A stretch of 46,268 bases of DNA from Ministeria vibrans ATCC 50519 (Eukaryota > Protista > Filasterea), in the NCBI GenBank assembly GCA_943704425.1, contig CALSCP010001341.1:1-46268 (forward strand), given 5' to 3'. The notes under the pieces are model-generated. The model was given only the letters and a program-made list of their open reading frames with translations, was not told where the DNA came from and made no database searches. The position numbers and the translations under genes are program-made. Positions 36,280-46,268 of this stretch are shown in pieces. Numbering within the stretch: position 1 is the stretch's first letter; every line of letters begins with the position of its first letter.

Positions 36280-38620
36280 ATGGGCAAATCCAAGACTGGA
36301 AAGCACCGTCGTGACAAGTTCTACCATCTTGCCAAAGAGTCAGGCTACCGTAGTCGTGCCGCCTTCAAGTTGCTTCAGGTGCGCCGCTCAATGAAAGACC
36401 GAAAATGGGAAATATTATGTCGGCCTTCAACTCACCGTCTTCTTTCTGCCTCTACCGTCGAATCCATTGTAGCTGAATCGCAAGTTTGACTTTCTACGCA
36501 CTGCCAATGTTGTGCTTGATCTCTGTGCCGCACCAGGTAGGTTTATTGTTGCGATTTTCGCGTTTGCATGCGCAGAATAAAAAATGAAAAAAAAAAAAAG
36601 GCAGACAGCTCAGTGTTGTGTATTCTCTCTCTGCACAGGCGGTTGGAGCCAAGTGGCCGCCAAGCACATCCCACAGTCGGCGAGTCCGATCATTGCGATT
36701 GATCTGGTGCCGTTCAAGCCTATCCCGCGCGTGACGGGTCTTGTGGAGGACATTACAACGGAGAAGTGCCGTGCGGCGATCAAGCGCGAGACCAACGGCG
36801 CCAAGGTCAGTTTTATTATTATTATTATTCTTATTCTTGATATTATTATATTGCTGTTGTTATTATTATTCTTATTCTTGATATTATTATATTGTTGTTG
36901 TTATTATTATTCTTATTATTGTTGTTATTATTATTATTGTTGTTGTTGTCGTTGTTATTATTATTGTAAGAAGAAGTCTCGAGAGAGAGAGAGAGAGACG
37001 GAGACAGAGGAGGGAGAAAGAAACAAAGTGATAGAGAGAAAAGAACGAAAAAAAATATCGATAGAGCGAGAGGGAAGGAGACCTTGCATATGTCTTTGTA
37101 CAAAAAATCAATACAACTTATTATTGATGTTTGTTTTAGGCTGATGTCGTGCTTAACGACGGAGCGCCCAACGTGGGTCGTTCGTGGCTGCTCGATGCGT
37201 ACGGCCAGACGACGTTGACTATGCACGCACTGCGTCTGGCAACGGACCACCTGCGCGAGGGAGGCTGGTTCGTCACCAAGGTGTTCCGCTCCAAAGACCA
37301 CAATGCCCTTATGTGGGTGTTTCAGCAGCTCTTCCGCAAGGTGCACATGACCAAGCCGACGGCGTCGCGAAACGAATCCGCCGAGATCTTTGTCGTGTGC
37401 CAGCACTACCTGGCGCCCGCTCACATTGACCCCAAGCTGCTTGATGCGCGCTTTGTCTTTGAGGACGTGGACACGGGCAACAAGGCGACGCCGTCGCGTC
37501 CCGAAGATCTTTTTGGGCCCGAAACGAAGAAGTTGCGCAAGAAGCGACTGCAGGAGGGCTTTGACAACGAGGCGGGCGGCGCAGTCTTCAAGAAGCTGCC
37601 AGTCATGCGACTGATTGGGGCCAAGGAGCCCATTGCACTGCTCGCGGAACACAACCAAGTGGTGTTTGAGCCGCCGCCGGATGCTACCTCATCCGACGTC
37701 GAGTACACGCGTCTCTATGCGGAGCACAAGGCAACCACAACCGAGCTGCGTGCGCTCTTTGAAGATTTGCGTGTCATTGGCAAGAGCGACCTGCGTCACA
37801 TTCTCTCGTGGCGCAACAAGATGCGCGTGTACCGCGGCGAATTGCGCAAGTTGCGCGGCGAGGCGCCGCTCAACAGCGACGACGACGACGACGACATGGG
37901 CGATGCCAACGACAGTGGTGACGACGCCGACGGCCAAAAGGGCACCATCAGCATGCTGCGTCGTGTGGCCGCCGGTGGAGGCACTCTGTCGGCTCGCGGT
38001 GCCACAACGAGCGAGGGTGACGCCATTGAGGAGTCCGAGGACGAGGAGGACGCCATCAACCGACAATTGGACGAGATTGAGGAGCGCACACGGCGCGAGA
38101 AGAAACGTCAACAACGCAAGCTGCTCAAGCGTAAGATCAAGGAGCGCGAACGACTCAATCTCAAGATGGTGGTGCCCGGCGATGTGCCCGAGGTGGGCGA
38201 TGAGGGCGTGCTCTTCTCGGCTAAAAAGGCGCGCGTGGCAGGTACGGCGTTCTCGGGTGCAGCAGACGATGTGAATGTCGACTCGGAGGAGAACGATTTG
38301 GGGATTCACATTGGCAGTGACGAAGAGGAGGAGGAGGAGGAGGAAGAGGAGGAGGAGAATGGCGATGATGATGACGACGATGATGACGACGATGATGACG
38401 ACGATGAGGCGCTGGTCGCGCGACGTGCCTACCACGATAAGTTAGCGAGTGAATTTGACAATGAGTATGAGGACTTCAAGCGACGCCAGGCGATTCAGCA
38501 GAGTGTCACGCGTGTCAAGGTGTCCAAAAAGATCAACCAGCGTCGCGACGATCTACTTGACGAGGCGACGGATCGCGTGGTGGACGGGATCACGCGGGGG
38601 GAGAGTCGGAAGCGACGAGG

Positions 38621-38653
<33 letters not shown>

Positions 38654-40046
38654 AGAGGGTCCTCGTGTTGCTGGAGGCGAAGGGAAGAAACGGGCACGCA
38701 CCACTGCGACGACGACAACAGGCTCGTCACGCAATGCGGCCATGTGGTTTAGTCAGGATACTTTTGCGGACATTGATGATGAAGCAGAGCTGGAGCGTGA
38801 GTTGGAGAAGCATCGCAAGGAAGAGAAGAAGAAGAAGCGCAAGGCACAACGGGTGCGAGAGGAAGAGGAGGAGGCGGCGGCAGCGGCCGCGTACACGAAG
38901 AAGACGCAAAAGAACAAGAAGAACAAGCGCAGCCTTGAAATGAACGAGACTGACGACGTTGCCATGGACGATATGGAGGTAGACAGCGACGACGACGACG
39001 ATGATGATGAGTACGAGGATGTCGACGCGGATGCGTTGGAGGGGGTGCCGGCGCGGAAGAAGCGCAAGGTTGCGTTGGCCATTGAGAAGATTCCCATGGC
39101 AGAGGAGCTACCGAGCGAGGGCGAGAGCGACGACGATGATGAAGGAGCAGTGGGAGCGGATGCGATGGACGACGACGAAGCGATTGTGATGATGATGCAG
39201 GCGGCGGCGGAGGAACGCAAGCGCATGCGACGGCGCGACGAGGAGGAAGAGGAGCAAGAGGCACGACGCAAGGAGAAGGACGATAAGCGCAGCAAGAAGA
39301 AGCAGGCGCGTGCGGCGATTGATCCTTTGAGTGTGCACGACACCACGTCGACGTTCAAGCGCAAGGGCGACGCAGTGCTTGTGGACGGCATTGAGATTGT
39401 GCCCAAACCCAAGCCCAAGGGTGACTATGACGAGGAAGACGCCGAGGACGAGTTGGCGGTGAGTCGGGGTGGAGACGAGGCGATTCCACAGCGGCTCGAT
39501 GCGGAAGGAATGGCATTGGCGAAGCAGATGTTGGACAAGAAGCGGCGTCAGGAGCTCATTGACGGATCATTTGGTCGCTTTGCGTTTGCCGACCATGGCG
39601 GCATGCCGACGTGGTTTTCTGAGGATGAGCGCAAGCACAACTACTTTATGGCGCCCGTGAGTAAGGAGGCAGTAGCCGAGTACCAGTCACGCGAGCGGGA
39701 CATCAATGCGCGCACGGTGAAAAAGGTTGCCGAGGCGATTGGACGCAAGAAGACGCGACTGTCGCGACGCATTGAGAAGGCCAAGGCACGCGCAACGACC
39801 ATCAGCAACACGCCGGATCTGACCGAGCGACAGAAGATGAAGCAGATGGTCAAGGTGATTGGGCGGGCGCAGTCAAAGAAGAAGGAGATCAAGTACGTGG
39901 TGGCCAAGAAGGGAGGTGGACAACGTGGCAAGAAGCCCACGAAGAAGGGCGAGCAGTACAAGGTTGTGGATCCGCGCCTGAAGAAGGACATGCGCGGCAA
40001 GAAGCGCGCGGAAAAGAGGAAGAGCTCATCAAAGAGGCGCAAGTGA
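36280..40046 (+). CDS. FTSJ3: Pre-rRNA 2'-O-ribose methyltransferase Spb1/FTSJ3
   Basis: [87 protein letters not shown]; C-terminal [12 protein letters not shown]...[10 protein letters not shown]. Confidence 0.97.
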
Positions 40047-40184
40047 TCTGTGGAAGAGAGAAACAGGGAGAGCGAGAGGAGGGGATCCGAGAGAGTGAGA
40101 AGCTTTTTTTGAAAAGAGATAGTACAGAAAATCTGTTGTATACAAACGATTCGTGTGTTTTTTTTTATTTGACGGTTCTTCTCG

Positions 40185-40334
40185 TCAGCCTGACATGCGC
40201 GTTGATTGCTTGCTCAATGGTACTGCCCAGTTCAGTGAGACGTACGTCAACCGATCGCAATGACTTGCTCTGTTCAATCGCCTAACAATTACAATAATAA
40301 TGAGTAAAACATAGTAGGAGAAAAAAAAAGTAAA

Positions 40335-40370
<36 letters not shown>

Positions 40371-42530
40371 TATTATAATTATTATAAAATAATAATTTAT
40401 TATAATAATAATAATAATATAATTGTTGCGTACTGAGCAAAGTTGAGTGGCCACTGAGGACCCGAGAGGATTGGAGGAGATGTCAAGAGCGGCAAGCAAG
40501 CAAGGACTAGTGCGGGAGTCCAACACGCGCACAAGGGCACGGGCGGCATGAGGGCCCGCGCGGCACCCACTCAGGTTGAGACGAGTAAGCGGTGACATTA
40601 ACGCTGGATCATCATCGAGTGCATCACCAGCATCATTGTGCGCTGTGACATTAGCTTGACGTATACTCATGATGCCCGTGAGAAGATCGCAGGTGCCGTC
40701 GTCGCCCAGGGGGTTCAGCCGCATACACAGTTCGTCCAGGCGTGTGTTGCCTGCAAGTGCCTCCCCAAGTGCCCCTGCTCCCACTTGACCTGTGGAAAAT
40801 AACAACAAGAATAATAATAATAAATAAATATTATTATTAAGCACGTATCATCACAGTTCGTGGTGTCATGTACAATATGCAGTACCAATGCGATTGTCGG
40901 CGAGAATGAGTCGAGTGAGCGGAGTGACTGCAGCGGAGCGCAGTACGTTGGCCAGCGCACACGCTCCGCGATTGCCAATGCGGTTATGCGACAGGTCCAG
41001 TTCTGTGAGATGAGCGTTGCTCAGAAGACTCTCTGCGATGAGAGCGCACTGTTTGTCGTTGATCTATAAGAGGAAGCAACGAGAATGACCAGCTCAACCA
41101 ATGTATTCTATAAAGATCCTGTCTTTACCAGTGAGCGAGCAATGCGCAGACTGGTAAGGTGAGTCAAATCAGAACTCAGTGACTGAGTTAACCCTTGACA
41201 GTCGATAGGAGACATTCCACAAAGTGACCAACTATAACAGACAATGCAAAGAAGACAGATCAGACTTCGCTGTCGAAAGGAGCAACATCCCCAAGGGGGC
41301 GCTCTGACTCAAAGTTCATGGCACAACGGTCGACAGCAAACACAAGAGAGAGATGACGCAAGGACATCAGACGGGCAAACAGGGCGCGTAGGGGCACGTG
41401 GTCTGGTGTGGATCCGTCGTCGCTCCCTCGCGTATTGCGCGCCATAGTAGTATCGACGTCTGCATTAGGCGAGGACCCTGATCTACTCGCGTCATCATTT
41501 AATGTAGCTGGCCCTCCTTCGCTGTCGCTCTCATCACGCTCAGACGGTAGCAGTTGTTTGATGGAAAGACTGTACACAAATGGCTGCGGAAGAAACAAAC
41601 GCGCGCTCAAGGGTGTCACTCAATTATTGTCATATTTTTTTGTTTGTTTGTTTTTACGGATGCAAGGGCTAGGAGCGACTCGAGAGCGTCGAGGGAGTGT
41701 GTTCCGGGGATGAATAGCTCGAGGGTCTCGACGAGATGTCGCTCAAAGTACATTCGCTTCCACACGTCTCCGTGTCGCGCGGGCGCACACACACCCCAAC
41801 GGGCCGTGCATCGTCGTTGCCAGTAGTCTTCATCGGCTATGTAGGGGGCTGCAATGGGCAAGGGAACATCGACAGTGAGACGGTCGTAGACAGTCTTTTG
41901 CAGAGGGCCATTTAGTCGGGTGAGGTCGGGATGCGTTTCAAAATTGCGCACGAGTGCGTGGACGCAGAGCATCCGCAACGAAGGTACAATGGGACTGTTC
42001 CAATTCGGATCTTCGGCAATGACACGGCGAAGATTGCGTCCAACAAAACCCAGCTCGGCGAGCGGCGTGACTTCGTTGTTAATCTGAATCTGGTTGTCTT
42101 CCTCTCCCTCGGGCACTTGAGACGTTGAACCGTGCGACTCGCTGCCCCGACGAGCTACGCGACTGTTTCTTCCCGTCAACCCGATACGAGGTCCATCCGG
42201 CGCTGTTGCGCTCGTTCGCGTGCTTGAAGACCGCGAGGCGGCCGACGTAGAGCGCTCTAGTGGCATCAACGGTGGCAGACTCACATCTGAAATTTTCTTC
42301 TACAACATTATTTTACATTAATATATATACTCAGTTTACATGTGTTTATTATACGATCTTTACTCACCGTCACTATTCTAGATCGCGTTGATGCATTTGA
42401 GGTGGGTCGTGAGCCAAGTTTCACAGCAGGAGGTCTGAAAAGAGAAAGGCAAAAAATTATATAAAGCAAAACGAGAGAAACAATCGTACAAAGACACTTC
42501 TGCACGAGACGACGAGCGCAACTCAGACAT
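40185..42530 (-). CDS. TCTE1: Dynein regulatory complex subunit 5 (TCTE1), LRR protein, multi-exon
   Basis: LRRVIAEDPNWNSPIVPSLRMLCVHALVRNFE, LPIAAPYIADEDYWQRRCTARW...HGDVWKRMYFERHL, followed by RI-type LRRs; two short upstream exons splice in frame from ATG 42530. Confidence 0.87.
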
Positions 42531-42610
42531 GACTGTATTAAAGAAGAACGAAAACGTAAAAAAAAATGACGCTGAAGCACCTCTTAAATAAATAGCAGTC
42601 AATCTTATAT

Positions 42611-42639
42611 TTTGCCTTGGCAACGGTTGCCTAGGAAAC
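42611..42639. promoter_or_regulatory. Two tandem RFX X-box motifs in the TCTE1/AK7 bidirectional promoter
   Basis: TTTGCCTTGGCAAC (42611-42624) and GTTGCCTAGGAAAC (42626-42639) versus the palindromic X-box GTTGCCATGGCAAC. Confidence 0.8.
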
Positions 42640-42673
42640 GATTTATTTTTTTAACCACTTGTCATTGAGTGTC

Positions 42674-45380
42674 ATGCGTGTGTTTGTGAATCAAGTGGAC
42701 ACGTATGTGTCGGGTGCCGTGAGTAAAGTAGGCACATTACAACCGTAGATGTGTCTGTCTGTGTGTGTGTGTGTGTGTTTATGTGAAAACCGAAAAATTC
42801 TTGTATTTTATTTTTCAGCTCTTCTCGACGACCATTCCCGGCTCCCATCGATCCTTGCGACAACGCGACGACGACCATGATGAGTACGACGGTCAGCACG
42901 AGAGCCAAAGCGAGGCGAACGGCCCGTCACACAACAAAGAGAGGGAACTAGAGCGCTATGAAGTGTGGGGGACGCTGCAAGATCCATTGGCAACACGGCC
43001 CGCTTGGGTACGTCGCATTGTGCGTGTTGCCTCCATGGACGATCTTTTGGCGGCCGTTCTCGAATGTGATGTCGTTGTGTTCAACGTGGAGAGCGACAGT
43101 CACGAGTGTGTTGCGGCGACTGCGGTGATTGAAGCAATCGAGCTGGCACTGACTGCAGGCCAACGCGCACGACCCACGACATTTGTGTGTCTCAGCTCGG
43201 TGATGACGTGGGCGCGCACCAAGCCGGCGGACGTCGATAATCCAGCTACACCCCTGCTCGAGGAAGAGTATCGTCGTCGTCGTGCTCACCCCAACTTTAA
43301 GGAGGCGCAACAGGTAGAGAAAATGACAGTCAAGTTGGGAAAGACGGCGAAGGGTGCCTTGCACGTGGCCGTGATTGCGACTGGCATTGTGTACGGCGGC
43401 GGCGAAGGCCCCTTGCACTTTCTGTTTCGACAGGCATGGGAACACGGCGGTGAGCGGGGTGCAGCGGGAGCACTTCCCATCTTTGGTGACGGCCTAAACC
43501 AACTCGCCATGATCCATGTGCATGACTTGGCGCGTGTGGTGGTCTACGAGAGCGAAGGGGCACGCGTCGGCACCGACAGCGAGAAGCAACGCTACGTAGT
43601 GGCAATCGACAATGGTCAGGTGACCCTTGGCGAGCTTGTGCGCTTTGTTAGTGAGCGACTGGCGGGCGGGCGGGTGCGCACATGTCCAGCAACAGTCGAT
43701 TCTCTTGTGCACGTCCCCGAGCTCACCCAGTCCAGTTACGACAAGCTTGTCACGTCGATCAATATTGAGCCGGCGCTTGTGCAAGACTACGAGTTTGAAT
43801 GGGTTGCACAAGAGGTAAAACAAAAACATAGCCTAGGGATGAGAACTTTTAATAACAATTTCATATCTTTATCATGACGTCTTAATGTAGGGTATCCTTG
43901 AGTATGGAGGGGCGTGCATCGGGGAGTATCGGAGGGCACGAGGACTGGGGGCCGTGCGAGTGGTGGTACATGGACCACCGGGAGTGGGCAAGACACGGCT
44001 GACTGAGCGAATTTGCAAACACTACAAGGTTGAGCGGGTAAACGTGGCATCGGTGGTGGCGGAGGCAGTGGCGCGACTGGAGCGCAGCGAAGCGAAGCTC
44101 AAAAGGGCCCAGGCGGGCAAAAGGGTTGCTTTGGATGACGACGTCGACAAAGATGGTGATGATGATAGTGGTGATGGTGATGGCGATGATGCATTTGCGG
44201 GCGATCGTGAAGAGAGAGTGGGAGAGGAAGAGGGTGAGACGGCGGCAGCTGCAGGTGCGTTGGCGCGCGAGCCAGATGCGGAGTATGAAGAGGCACTGGC
44301 GGAGCTGATGCCAGTGTGGCAGCAAGACACGGAGTACCTGGCAGAGCTGCGAGAGATGGCACAAGAGCACAACGGACGCTATCCCGATGAACATGTCGTG
44401 CAGTTTGTGCGAGACAAGTTGCTATCCCGTCGCTGTCGCAACCGTGGCTATGTGCTCGACGGATTTCCGCGCACCTACGCGCAGGCACAAGAGTTGTTTC
44501 GACGGCCCGAGAACGAAGAGGAGGAGGAAGAGGACGAGGACGACGGCGAGAGGGACACGGAAGAACACGATGACGATGATGAGGAGTCGCGCGAGTACGA
44601 TCGACGTCTCATGCCCGAGCAGGTCTTTGCACTGCAGGCCGACGACTGCTTTCTGCGTGAACGCATTATCAACCTGCCCGAGTCGCTAGTTGCCGGCACG
44701 CACAACACCGAAGAGGGTCATCGACGACGACTGGCGGTGTTTCGTGCGCACAACACAGACGACAGTACGGTGCTTAACTACTTTGACGAGCTTGAGGTGC
44801 ACCCAGTGGAGCTGAAGGTGGCACACGACGACGACGAGGACGTGTGTGTGTGGCCGGCTGTGCTTCGCGCACTAGGCAAACCACGCAACTACGGGTTGAC
44901 CGACGAGGAGAAGGCGGCCAAAGCGAAAGCAGAGCAGCAGCAAATGGTACGCACGCGCGCGAGCGCGGAGACCCGAGAGTCACATGAGATCATATCAATA
45001 CTAATAATTATTATAATGACGAACAAAAATAGGAAGCAAGGGAGAGGGTCGAGCAAGAAGAGCGTGTACGCAAGGAGACCATGCGGGCACGGGAGCAGGA
45101 GCGAGCACAAGCAGATTGGGTAAGAAGATTTTGACCTTGTCCCTGCTGCTAGGGTCACCATCTGACTTTGCTTGTTGGGTAGACAAAGCGCGTGGAGACG
45201 GTGCGACGGGACGAGGCGGTGCTGCTAGAGGCGCAGTCGATGCCGCTGCGACACTATCTGATGCAACATGTGATGCCGACACTCACCAAGGGACTGGTGC
45301 AGATCAGCAAGACGCGGCCAGATGACCCAGTCGACGCGCTCGCAGAGTTTCTGTTGCGTGACAATGTCAGAAATCAGTAG
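42674..45380 (+). CDS. AK7: Adenylate kinase 7 (axonemal; NAD-binding-like fold + AK + Dpy-30 motif), multi-exon
   Basis: MRVFVNQVDTYVSGAVSK, FVCLSSVMTWART, EEEYRRRRAHPNFKE, VHGPPGVGKT, CRNRGYVLDGFPRTYAQA, LGKPRNYG, LEAQSMPLRHYLMQHVMPTLTKGLVQISKTRPDDPVDALAEFL. Confidence 0.93.
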
Positions 45381-45593
45381 CGCACGCGTGGAATGAACAG
45401 CTCGTCTTTCTTCTGTCTTTTTTTTTTTTTGGCAAGTCATGTGAGAACACAATCGTTATGAAGATGGGCTTTAAAAAAGGAAGAAAAAAGAAATAAGAAA
45501 AAACAGTGTTTGAGTTTGAGTTGAGGGTTGTGTGTGTGTGTGCGTGTGTGTGCGGTGTATGTATGTATGTGTGTAGGTGTGTCTGTGTGTGGC

Positions 45594-46266
<673 letters not shown>

Positions 46267-46268
46267 TT

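Noticed and set aside
43892-43899. GTATCCTT as a U12-type 5' splice site (also at 25891)
   Set aside because: Both lie in continuous coding frames (AK7, EOGT) that need no intron there.

Overview
Gene-dense eukaryotic genomic DNA (standard code, GT-AG introns mostly about 55-200 nt, microsatellite-rich non-coding DNA, intergenic gaps often under 200 bp). It carries 19 protein-coding genes, two truncated by the window edges: TMF1 (3' end), CDIPT/PIS1, an LRR-pseudokinase-ARM protein, ORC4, cyclin L, a calcineurin-B/CHP-like protein, an EGF/PAN-like-repeat GT8 glycosyltransferase, an SLC17 transporter, a putative mitochondrially targeted RING protein, a CCCH/RGG protein, TAF13, RPS17, EOGT, NOP9, a TM-SMP-C1-C2-RhoGEF-PH-GRAM protein, SPB1/FTSJ3, DRC5/TCTE1, AK7 and RAB1 (3' end). 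Compact architecture, motile-cilium genes, RFX X-boxes and animal-like genes (EOGT, CHP-like) suggest a flagellated unicellular relative of animals; this is inference, not an identification. Highlights: (1) twin C/D-box snoRNAs in consecutive cyclin L introns with co-varying terminal stems and a SNORD58-like guide; (2) tandem RFX X-boxes in a 143-bp bidirectional promoter between two axonemal genes; (3) a predicted ER-anchored lipid-transfer protein fused to a RhoGEF; (4) an EOGT with a type II anchor and no KDEL-type tail; (5) a RING E3-like protein with a bipartite mitochondrial-type leader; (6) a dispersed TATCACTTTG motif tied to (CT)n tracts. Gene models were assembled by eye and family calls rest on remembered motifs; no database searches were run.
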